DNA of 64,000 nt from Tubiluchus corallicola (taxonomy: Eukaryota > Animalia > Priapulida). The notes below the pieces were generated by a model. It was not told where the DNA came from. It searched no databases and saw only the letters and a program-made list of their open reading frames with translations. Of the stretch, positions 27,495-38,442 are shown one piece after another. A program made the translations under genes and the position numbers. Location of the stretch: NCBI GenBank assembly GCA_030141605.1, contig JAQGDQ010000592.1:1-64000 (forward strand), in the 5' to 3' direction. Position 1 is the stretch's first letter. Each line of letters starts with the position of its first letter.

Positions 27495-28989
27495 GAGTCT
27501 GTTGTTACTACTACGATTTAAAATCTGTCATAACCTGGAAATAACAATAAATGCATACAAGAATAAAATAGTATTATACAGGAAGAAATTCACTAACTTT
27601 TGTATCATTAAATTCTTATCTATATATGGACTTATCATTAAATTTATCATTAAAGTCTCAACAAATAATAACTTTATAAGGACTGGCCCGGCATAAATAT
27701 ATGGAGCTTGCTGCTTGGCTAAAATCAGCATGACAATTGAAAATACTCAATATGATTACTGAAAACGGTCACTCATCCACTTATTAGCCAGTCTCGTGAA
27801 GGTTTGTTGGTGTTTCAGTCACTGACCATGCATCAATATATGTATGCAATATGAAGCATGCATGGATTACATATGAATGCATAGAGATGTAGCATATATG
27901 ACAATTATACACTTCAATTACAAAACAGAATGAAAAAATAGAATGATTTATAAAAAAGATAAAATGATGTCTACAGGAAAAGTAAGTCCTTCAAATTGAA
28001 GGCGTTGGCTTTGGCCATGGTCCAGGTCCTGCGGATATTGTGCACCAAAGATGAGCAGACACACTCCTTTTGGATCTGCAAATACACAGTTTAGCTACTT
28101 CACAGTGATTCAAAAAAATTTCCAAAATCGAGAAGCTGTTTTAGCTCGATGAGGGACTGTGAGGGTTTTTTGCATGAAAAGTCGGCTACTGTGAGTAACT
28201 AGTCATCATATGTTTTTGGCTTGCACATCAGAAAAAAACTTGAATAAGATTTCAGAGAACTTAATGATTATCCCAGTCTTAACAAAAGAACTGCAAACAA
28301 TAGTCAACAAAGGAACTGTGACTCCGCCAAGTCCGTAAGCAGTGTGAGTCGGCAGGTCCGCAAAACGGGCGTATCCGCAAATCCGCAGAGCACGAATCTC
28401 TATTGTTAACCCACGGACTTCAATTTTGTGGATCTTTGAAATTGCAAATCAACAAATTTTGACTCGGCGCATCTCTAATGAGCGACTCTTTAATCAATAC
28501 AAGAACACCAAGATGCCGCAAATAAATAAAATATATGAGCTCCTTGCACCAATACAAGTGGCCGTAGATTCGAACTTGAACCACATGCACGAACTGCAAT
28601 TTGCAAAACAATCGATTACCCTAATAATTCGGTAACTGGATGTCCAAGCTGGAAAGTAAACAAGTTTGAGTCATGAAACTTGCAGGGCAGGTACCTGGGT
28701 ACGGGCTCAGACAACGAAATACTGAATGATGACCTTAGGCCAAACAGTTAGGGACAGTAAACGTATATGAGTTTTTTGTGAGCCTCTACCTGCTCCTCCA
28801 GTTTTTGTCCTAGAGCCACAATTTTTCCTATGTGGCTAGATGGAGGGCCCAAGTTTTTAAGCATGATTGAAAATGGATCATTTGGATAGTGAAAAATTTT
28901 CTGCTAGAGGCCAAAAATTGAGAGTGGGTGGGTTGTCACATGTTTTTCCAGTTTTACCTGTGATGTACCGGGCAAAGCTACCTAGCTTT

Positions 28990-29500
28990 TACAGTTACAG
29001 TTACAGTTACATGTGAAAACAAAAAAGGTTATCTGTAGTTAGTTCGCTAGCCATCTGGTGGTCACATGCAGAAGTGGAATGCCTGTAGGGTACACTCAGG
29101 TTGGAAGATGTTGTGATGTTTTTTGGATGATCTACATACTCATTTGTCAAGTTGTTGTTTAAAGTGGTCTGAATGCCTTGTATTCCTAACGTGTGTACCC
29201 AGCTTGTTCTAATCACTGATGACCCGGCAAGCGAAGTGGTTCTTGTTATTGCATCTAGGCTTACAGATCTTGTGCCCAAGACCCCTATTGTTGACTTGAA
29301 AGTAATGTTCAGGATTTAATTTGGTATCATTGTTGAAAATTCAAAATGTGGCTAACATATCTTCATGTTTTCTTTTATATGTGAGTTTGGAATATGATAG
29401 ATTGTGCAATGCTAGTACCAGCTTGGTTGCTTCTGTTGGATGGTTTCTACCTTCCTGATGTGTTCTAACTTAGCTGGTTTGCTCATCCCACTCACTTTGC
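28990..29500 (-). mobile_element. 5'-truncated CR1 LINE (ORF2 C-terminus, 3' UTR and microsatellite tail)
   Basis: Minus strand reads ATKLVLALHNLSY and PEHYFQVNNRGLGHKICKPRCNNKNHFACRVISD*NKL (CR1 RGH..K...FF..RVV..WN.L). It ends in an (AACTGT)n tail, seen as ACAGTT repeats at about 28991-29010. Confidence 0.7.
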
Positions 29501-29914
29501 TTTGGATTAGCAGCTGAAAATTATTTTTAATAACACTTTAAATTGCCCAACAACAAGGTAGCCATTTTCCATCAACATGCTGCCATCAAATGGTAAACTT
29601 TACAACTAGAAAAAACATGCTTCGTGATTGGTCATTTTCCAAAAATTGGCGAGACGATGTGTCAAAAAATCGCCGTACAAAAAGACGAATTAGAGTACAC
29701 CAAAGCTACCATGATCAAAGTTAACTGTCTGACATAAAATCCACACAGGTACATCAGTAGTTAGGAAATATGTTCATATCACTACCATATATCCCAAAAT
29801 CTTCCCAACTAAGAATGATCCTGCTATTTTGATGAAAACTGTTGGATGAATTTTCGAAATGTCTTCTACAAGTCCCCACCAAATAGTGCTCCCAGTTTTT
29901 AAGCATAGTGGCTT

Positions 29915-30214
29915 CTAGTACATCAAATGAAAGGTCTCAATGAGACAAAGTAAATGGTGCAAGTTGGCTAGAGATTCATTGACCAATAGCAATTGGTCAC
30001 AGGTTGAAATGTTACAAATTAGTTGATCTATGATCCAGTACTGCAGCAGGAGAAAATAGGTTTGGGGCAGACAAATGCGTTCTAGTATCGACCAAAACTA
30101 GCTTGCAGTAAATAAAATGAAAGGTGTCGATGAAATGAATTGAATGGTATAAATTAGCTAGGGACTAGCTGATCTTTGACCAAGTGCAATGGGTCACAGG
30201 TGGAAATGTTACAA
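29915..30214. repeat. Two diverged ~190-bp tandem units (internal repeat of an old element)
   Basis: AAATGAAAGGTCTC...GCTAG...TTGACCAA...GCAAT.GGTCACAGGT.GAAATGTTACAAA occurs at about 29925-30018 and again at about 30115-30215. Confidence 0.6.
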
Positions 30215-30840
30215 ACAAAACTGCATTTGGAAGGCAGTTCCTACGTAATCAATGCAATGCCAGTTGAATAAAATTAAAATTGCAACTTTCAAACAAAAGG
30301 CTAATGTATTTTCAAGGGCTGATTCTGTAACTATTGTTTGCTAAACATCCACTTACTCACACGTCAGAAATATTATCATCAACTAGTTATTAAACATCAA
30401 TTATTATAACTTTATACTATAGCATATATATAGCATTATAAATTACATTAATTATTATATAAATCAGGATTTACTCACCACGAAGGTGAAGGTGAGTCAC
30501 TTTGTTGCTGTTTCAACCATCATTATGTTATTTTTTATAATCTTTCATTTAAAAAGTCTTCTTTTTCATCTATTTTCCTATTGTTTACTTTTACTTGAAA
30601 AGTTTGATTCGTGCTTGGTTTATTGTTAGTTAGCATAAATTTAGTTTTTTTTAATTTAATTGATAACCGGTTGGCTTTCATCCATTTGTCTATCTTATTT
30701 AATTCATTGTTAACCAGTTTATTTAGTTCAAAGGTACAGGGTGGGACATAAACAAATTAATAAACTAATAAATAATTTTTCTATTCTATTCGTGTTGCAA
30801 TAGAATATACTTTACAACCGTTCACTTATTATTTACGAGA

Positions 30841-31795
30841 TGTTGGGAGCCGTTTGGACCACTGCGCCAAGTAGACCAATTGGTCTACTTGGGCTAGCCC
30901 AAGTAGACCGCGGTCTACTTGGGCTGCCCAAGTAGGACACTAGAGACAGGTCGTGAATTCAGTCGTTAAGTGTACTGACACCGTCCGTTGTGCTTGTTTA
31001 TGTAATAATAATAATTAAAAACGTTAATACACGTTGAATAATTTATTATACATCTAATAAAATAAAAGAATTTTATTCTGAGCTGACAATATTAAATTAG
31101 AACGGACAATATTAAATTTGGTTTCGATATTAATGTTGTTGAAGTGAAAAAACCCCACTTTTTTGCGAATTCAACATTTGTTTAAGGTATATCATTTTTG
31201 ATTTTGTCTCACTTCACAAACAGGTGATCCGTTTCACTACCTCTTGGGCAAATAATTGTTTTCTTATAAGTAAACGTTCTAGCGATCTATGTGTCCTACA
31301 TGGGCTAGCGAGCCATGTAGGACAGTGCCCTACATGTTACAATACTACTGATAGTATTAAAACTAATTATCCTTGCTTTTCTTAAATGTTAAAAATTATT
31401 TTTTGGTGTTGTGAAGGCTTAGCAGCATCTGTCTCATTTTTAAATTTGCAATTATTTCTGTAATAACTGTGTGCAGAATTTCTCTCTTTAAAGCATTAGA
31501 TACTAGGTTTAATGTTATGATATATTAATGGAGTTAATCATAATGATGAAATTATTGTAAGAAATGCATTTGTAAATTGCCAAGGAATATCCATTTCTAA
31601 AAGAAATTTTGTTTTATGCTTTATTATGTCATAACAATACTTATAAACAATGGTAATATAAACTGGAAACAAGTTTTGCCAGAGCAAGTTTCTCGACAAA
31701 AATCGCTAGTGCCCTACTTGGGCTGCCCATGTAGGACACTACTTTTAGCGCATCAAGTGGTCTACTTGGCGCAGTGGTCCAAACGGCTCCCAACA
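30841..31795. mobile_element. Intact non-autonomous TIR transposon (955 bp), TGT...ACA termini, Ginger-like
   Basis: Perfect 38-bp TIRs TGTTGGGAGCCGTTTGGACCACTGCGCCAAGTAGACCA (30841-30878 and 31758-31795). Direct repeat CGAGA at 30836-30840 and 31796-31800 (or 7-bp ACGAGAT if the termini are one base further in). AT-rich non-coding interior. The superfamily label is tentative. Confidence 0.92.
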
Positions 31796-32489
31796 CGAGA
31801 TACCCGCCATAGTGCACGTTAAACGCCGAATCGCGCATCTCTCATTTTTTCATTTCAGTTTTAGTTTATTGCACACACTCTTATTGGGATTTAAAGCCAA
31901 AGCCAAGCTTCTGGAAAGTTGAGCTCATTTTAATATTTGGGGAAAAGTGTTAGAAAGTTTCAGCAATGAAATTGTGACAGGTATCCCGTGTAATTAGTAA
32001 AATCAATTTAAAGCTTGGGCGCACTCATTTTAGACGAAAAAACAGCTTATTTATACACTTACACATTTTAATTATGTACTTACACATTTCAAGGTGTAAT
32101 CCACTAGATTAAAGCAATGTAACACTTGCTCATCCTTAGCTTACATTAGAAGTCTGATCACTCAGTGTCTTTTTTTCGCTTTAATGCAGCTCCTAAAGGC
32201 GGCACATACTGCTTTTCTTCTATGGCAAATACTAGCAACTGGCCTTAAAAACTAGTAATAATGTGAGTAAAAAGTGCAGAAAAACTGCCGCTAGATCGTT
32301 CTGACTGCATGAAATTTTAATTGCTAATAACAAAGAATGAAAATAATTGGTGTGTGCTAGGGGTAAACATTCGATTCGAATACGAATTCAGTATTTCATA
32401 TTTTTCAAGAATATATCAAGAAAAAAACTTAGTACTTGCTGCATATTCCAAATTAACAAAAAATTGAAAGTAAGAGGATCAGTCTAGAT

Positions 32490-32820
32490 ACAAAATTAAG
32501 AATCTTTGTTGCACTTGTGGAAACTGTGTTTCTTTATTACTCAGAATTATTGACAATTTTCAAAGAAGAAACTACAGGAACATTTCAGGAATAAAATGGC
32601 CAAAGAAAATATCAAATCAGGATCTGCACAATAAAGTCAAGACAGAGAAATGGGCAATTAAAATCAAAAGGAGAAGATTAAGAAGGATACGACATGTTAT
32701 GTGACTGCCAGATGACAGTCCATTAAAGTTAGTTTTCACAGATGAACTGCAGAAAGAAAAGAAACCACAAGTATGGTAACTGCTGACTTACATCAATTTC
32801 ATCTGAAAAGATCTTATCAA
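32490..32820 (+). mobile_element. RTE-clade LINE ORF2 C-terminal fragment
   Basis: Translates LRIFVALVETVFLYYSELLT and NISGIKWPKKISNQDLHNKVKTEKWAIKIKRRRLRRIRHVM*LPDDSPLK, matching the RTE pattern LLYG.E.W...I.W...ISN..L...RRLRW.GH..R. Confidence 0.7.
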
Positions 32821-33563
32821 CACACCATTAGATATCAAAAATACAGAGACAGGGCAGCATGGAGTAAAATGATCAGGAGGGTCATGCCAAACGATGTGTG
32901 ACTCCAGAGATAATGGTGATGATGTGAAGCCATAGGTAATAAAAGTGCGATGGTATTGCACAAAGTACTGGTTTGGGATCGCCTGTCTATTCGGCCGACT
33001 GGTTACACTTGAGAAGCAAAATTGCTTCTGTACTGCAACAATGGTAATGTAGTTTATCGTAATCAACAATAATAATAACAAGTATAAGTTAGGTCGATAA
33101 CAACAATCATTGAAATAACGCAAATCTATAAACAATAATTATAGGTAATTTCAGGTAACTTATTGAATTGGTTGTGGAAAAAGTCAAGAATCTCGCTAGT
33201 ATATGGTCAGTAGTATGGATCGAACATGTGTATGAGCTTGACCATAAGAACGACAGCTTTTTATCTGAGCAACAGTTAACACGAAACCAGCTTATATTTC
33301 CGGTACAACTGGGTTCAGGTTCCACCTAGCTTCGAATTCTGTAGCTTAGGCAAGCTATGGTAGAAAGTTAACTATATAGGCTCACCAGTGGACTGCCTCA
33401 GTTAGCTAACTAGTAGGTTGAACCTAGTGCTAGAATTAAGAGAGTTTAGGCAAAACAGGAAGAACCTAAAAAACAGGAAAATACTTTTTCTCTATTTCTC
33501 CTAGTTGAGTATAAGGTTCAAGAATTAATTAGCAATCATGCTTTTACTCTTTTCCTGATTTAT

Positions 33564-34021
33564 ACTTACGGAGTTTGAATGTTTTAGTCTGTTTGAATAT
33601 TTGAATGCATTCGCAGTCAAGCGAATGCGACAGTGCTATCTACACTGCTTGTTGTTGGAAAAAACTCTCCGTTTTTCCGTTGCCCCTGCTTTCATTTTAT
33701 AGGGGTCGATATTAGGGGGTTGTTGTGGTCGTTGCGGAGAAATGCGATAAGCGATTATTTTGCGTCCCAGATCTCAAGTATAACGTGCAAACATGTACGT
33801 GTTTTTGGATGCTGAATTTTTATTTCATTTCTGCTTATTGTTTTGATCGGCATGATTTCATTAATTCCTTATTGATAATTTGAAACACTTTCGTGCATAT
33901 TATGGTTTTATATAATCATTTTAAGTGTTGAAATTGAAATTCCTTTGCTGTGCAACGACAGCGTGCAACCTAACATGGCAGCTTCCATGTACAGTCCCAT
34001 TTGTAAATAATCTTCGTAAGT
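33564..34021. promoter_or_regulatory. Candidate bidirectional promoter with non-coding first exons for UBE3D (-) and ANAPC1 (+)
   Basis: CpG-enriched patch bounded by outward-facing consensus donors: GTAAGT on the minus strand (ACTTAC 33564-33569) and GTAAGT on the plus strand (34016-34021). AACATGGC (YY1-like) at 33972. Both genes have an acceptor just upstream of their ATG. Inference only. Confidence 0.3.
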
Positions 34022-34351
34022 TTTTCTTGTGTTATTTTATATAATCCTGGGCGCAATTAAGTCTAACTTTAAGTTCACAGTTTCACAATTGTCTCAAGTT
34101 TCACAACTCAGAATTGCGGACGATCAAAGCAATGCCATCAAATACAATCAAAGTAATTTGTAATTTATTATCATTTCAGCATGTATTTTTACATTAGAAT
34201 TTGCATTATTATCTTTATAACTATTATGCCCTATAACTAGAAAATGAAATATAGTTACAATAATTGTAACAGAACTACATTAGTATAGTATAGCATGGTA
34301 TAGTTAGGGAAAAAATTCCAAATATAATTACAAAAATTTAACAGAAGTGTA

Positions 34352-34790
34352 CTTGATTGATTTGATTGATTGAATATCTTTATTGACATAAACATATGAT
34401 AATAACAATGTAATAATTCATGTGCTAATTAATACTGTAAAATGTTATTAAAGCTGTTTCCAGCCCACTTGGGCTTACAAGTCAATTTCATGAAAATTTA
34501 TCACATAATAACTGTGCAGTTCATTTACATAGAATATCAAATAAAAGAAAATATATAATATGGAATTTTAACATATACCTGAATGGACAAGTCATGTATT
34601 AAATATATATCTTGCTTTGCCTCATTCTAAAAATCTTATAAGCATATTTTGCAGTCCTAAGGACATTCTCTTCTGACATAATATATTTCCATTTATTTAC
34701 ATTATCTAATTGTTCCGGGTCCATGTTAATATCTTGGAAAAATTCTTCTCTCTCTAGTCTATAATGTGTACAAACAAACATAAAGTTACT
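34352..34790 (-). mobile_element. 3' end of a LINE (RTEX-like) with (CAAT)n tail
   Basis: ORF FVCTHYRLEREEFF...KWKYIMSEENVLRTAKYAYKIFRMR resembles the ORF2 end after the zinc knuckle. The minus strand ends CAATAAAGATATTCAATCAATCAAATCAATC. Confidence 0.65.
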
Positions 34791-36599
34791 AACATATGTA
34801 CTAACATGTGTACTAACATAGTTACTAAACTACACAATAGTTTGTCAACAAGAAATAAATGCTGCATGGTGGTCAAGAAGCAAAGCTTGTAAGACCACCA
34901 TGAAAAGTGAAAAAAACGACTTAATTTACAAGAGAGAGAATTATAGAAAAAACAGGGAGTAGTTAAGATAAAATAATAGGCAGAGATAGAGAAAAAGAGA
35001 AAAGAAATGAATTAGAAAGAAGTTCAGCAGAGACACAATGCAAAAGTATGAAAATGTAAACTGCAAAGTAACCTGTCGCTGGATTTACTGTGACTATCGG
35101 CAAAACCCAAAAATGCATTATAAGTAAGATTTCAGCAGAAGAGATTTCATATATCTTTTAAAGCCAAATATTTTCGATATGTTGTGACATAAATTGATAT
35201 TTTATTCCATAGATTTTGAGCAGTAGATTTTAGAAAGTGTCTGGCAACATTGGTCCTGCAAAATGGAATATAATATTCACTAAATCTAGTGAAGTGATGT
35301 TGGTGATTACGTACGACGGGATTTATGAAATGTGGGGGTAATAAACTGTGGTGTGTTTTGTACAGGTAGATATCAAGGTGGTTAGAAACTAAGTCATCTA
35401 AATTTCAATTTCCAGAGTTATAAAAAAGTATAGGTTCAATTGGGGCTTGTTTAGCTAAATTATAAGTGATTCTCAAAAACTTACACTGGTGTCTGGCTAA
35501 GTAATTTAAGTTTGTTGGATATGTTTTCCCCCATAGAATACAACAGTAAGTTAAATAGGGTAATATTAGACAGTTATATAGTGTTATTAAGTGAAATTTG
35601 TGTAATTTATTTTAATAATTGAGATAATGCCAACATTTTTTTGCAATTTTTGAACTTATATAATTAATATGTGGCCTCTAATCAATATTTTCATGAAGCA
35701 TAATACCTAAAAATTTTATAGTTTTGACTCTTTCAAGAACTACACCATCAATATATAGGGTACAATTATCAGGCAATTATTTATTTCTGGAATGGAAAAT
35801 AACACATTTTGTTTTTGTAGGATTTAATGATAGTACATTAGCCTTGAACCAATCAGCAATTAATTTCAAAAGTTAAATACTTTAAAAGTTAAAGCAAAGC
35901 AAAGCAGTGCAATAACAATCTTATTGGACGGTACGTGCTGCCATGTATTAAAATTATTGTTAGGGGTTGTTACTCACTATTTTGTGCACTCCGTCAGATG
36001 CCGTCATATACATTCATGAGATTTTGCTAGGTTACTGTGAAATCTCTGTGGAATGCATTATGCATTGCCCGCACTTGCCAAATGGCAAACCGCTGTAATT
36101 AATATTTGCTTAAAAATTGTTCACCAAAGTCACAGCTACAGTATGCTGATTGCGTACTGTTTCAAATGTTTTAATGAATAACAACATATGTAGTTGCAAT
36201 GGAGAATTAGTCAAATCCATTATTTCAGGTTGTAATCAAGCTCAAATAAAAACTCTTTAGAATCAAATTCGAACGTTCAAACTCGAATGTTTGATGCTTG
36301 CCCCTAATGTAGGCCTAGAGAAAATATAGCTAAAAGATATTTACAGCAAATTAGCGATGGCAGTATTTTGAAGGAGATACAAAAGGGTTTTTTAGTATTA
36401 TAAAATTGTGGGATTACTGCTGTGTTTAATGGGCATGTGACGGTGATGATGATAACCACATATTGGGCATATGATGATGATGATTTTCTTACCAGTTTTC
36501 AATTTTTTCTCATTAGTTGTAGCTTTTAACAGTTTTTTGTGCTTTCTGTAACAGCTAACTTGCTTGCGAAGCCTGTTTGCGCAACCTAAGAGACCTACA

Positions 36600-36960
36600 T
36601 GTGACGGGTTTTGACGGTTTCTTCTCAATGATTTACAAAATTGAAACAGATTTGATGCTTCCATAGTTTTGCAGCGAATTCCAAGGGCCCACAACACAAG
36701 ATGAGCAGAAGTGGGCTTTAACAAGAATATTGTACTTTAGAGTGTTATTTAGAGTATATGACTGGCTCATTTCAACGTGAGTTAACAAAGAGGAACAGAA
36801 TCAAATGCCTTTTTAAAATCAGTATACAGAATATCAATAGAGGGAAGGGAAGAGTCATGAAAAAATAGAGACCAGTCATTTAGGCATTCAAGAAGACTTG
36901 TTTCAGTGTCATGTTGGGGTAATGAGCCGTGTTGACTATCACATAAGTTGACCATAAAAT
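36600..36960 (-). mobile_element. Internally deleted CR1/L2 LINE reverse-transcriptase remnant
   Basis: Minus strand reads NLCDSQHGSLPQHDTETSLLECLNDW and IDILYTDFKKAFDSVP (RT motifs QHGF...T.LL and D..Y.DF.KAFD.V), then VVGPWNSL from the ORF2 C-terminus. Confidence 0.72.
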
Positions 36961-37779
36961 AACAGAAAATTCAGTATGTCATCCCAACAGTGATTCAAGT
37001 AGTGATGGGCCGATCAACAATTCTGGGTACCAAGCTGATCATGAACTGATCAACATTGCTGTTCATCGATACTGATCAATTACAAGTTGGATAAAATACT
37101 TAGATATTGTTGCTACAAAAGTTGTTTTTAAATTACATTGTCTTTGCAGAACTTCATTTTACATGTCAAAAGATATTATTCACAGGATTCCAATAATGAA
37201 ACTTTGCCACTTAATTGTAGTCAGTTATTTGATTTTCAAGACTTTATTAATTTTAGAAATAAAGTAAAGTAAAAACTAAATGTTTTAATGGAACTTTGAA
37301 GCCTTGCTGAACTACATAAATTAACGATTTCTCTGTTAGGGACATAATGTATGCAATGTAGTATCATCAGTTTTCACCTCCCTGAACAAAGAAACCACAT
37401 ATACATAAATTTCTCAGCTGGGACACAGAAATGTAAGAGAGCCTTAAAATAACAAGTGGATTTTTATGTGTTCATCAATTATGCATGTTTGTAGTTATGA
37501 TTACTGCAGCAGGTTTTTCTTCTAAACAGATAACTTCTGTCTGGCCGGTAGAGCCTACCTTCACCTATACAACTACAAGGAAATGACCAAGTAATATGAA
37601 AGGATTTCAAATAATTAAAGAAAATGTGATTCAAACCCACAAAGTTACCCGATTCATAAATAAACTAATAAATGTTCATTCATCTGAACACGTTTCCTGA
37701 ACACAACAAAAATTTAGCAAGAATGCTCATTACGGTATGAAATAAATAGTGCAACAAAACAGCTTAATTGATCAAAACG

Positions 37780-38010
37780 CAGCAGGCACATAATTATTCC
37801 CCACACTGTGTTTTAGTGTTTCCTCTACCTTGAACATTTCCGTTATCCCAACTGCTGTGTTACTTCTCTAATTTAACTTGTACAGTAGTTAGATATAAAT
37901 CATTTTCTTGTACTCCCATTTGCCATAACTCTATCAAACAGTCTTGTAATCACAGCTTATCAAAGCACTTTATCACATCTACAAATATAAGTTTTGCATG
38001 TTTTTTGTAA
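37780..38010 (-). mobile_element. LINE reverse-transcriptase fragment (RTEX-like)
   Basis: Minus strand reads HAKLIFVDVIKCFDKL*LQDCLIELW (D..KCFD.LW variant of the RT motif), followed by a degenerate QG..WG..C segment. Confidence 0.55.
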
Positions 38011-38442
38011 TAATACAAGAAGATTATCTGTTATTCCTCTTCTCTTTTTATCCATTTTGACACAACTTCTATGATACCACAAAGCAGCCCATCATCCATT
38101 TCTTTGCCTCTGCTTTATATTTATGGCAATTACCTTCTTTATCTTTTTTCGTTATTATTTTGTTTTTTCCTCTCTTTGGAGGAAACTCTTCTAACTGATG
38201 TACTTTCTACCAAGACTAAACGTTCTGGAATTTGTGAGCAAACGCTGTGTAAATTCACTAATTTGGTAGTTTGTTATGACTGGGAGCAATATTAAAAGCA
38301 TGAAAAGCAGGCTGAAGACTAGTTTAATTCATTGTTTAGAATTTCTTTCTGAATGGTCACTCTGAGCTAAATCTCAGTAACTTATTATTTTTAGTTACAT
38401 GTATGTATAAATGTTTTGCAGGTTTCTTGAAGTTACACCATC

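Noticed and set aside
28000-28650. MITE with TCCGCA subterminal repeats
   Set aside because: The repeats are visible at about 28320-28390, but no TIR pair or TSD could be fixed.
32358-36306. Single 3.9-kb hAT element (TAGGGGTAAACAT ... ATGCTTGCCCCTA) enclosing the candidate promoter
   Set aside because: The termini do match as inverted repeats, but the flanks (GTGTGTGC versus ATGTAGGC) agree at only 5/8 and the interior is a mix of unrelated LINE pieces. Two independent MITE ends cannot be excluded. If it were real, it would weaken the promoter inference.
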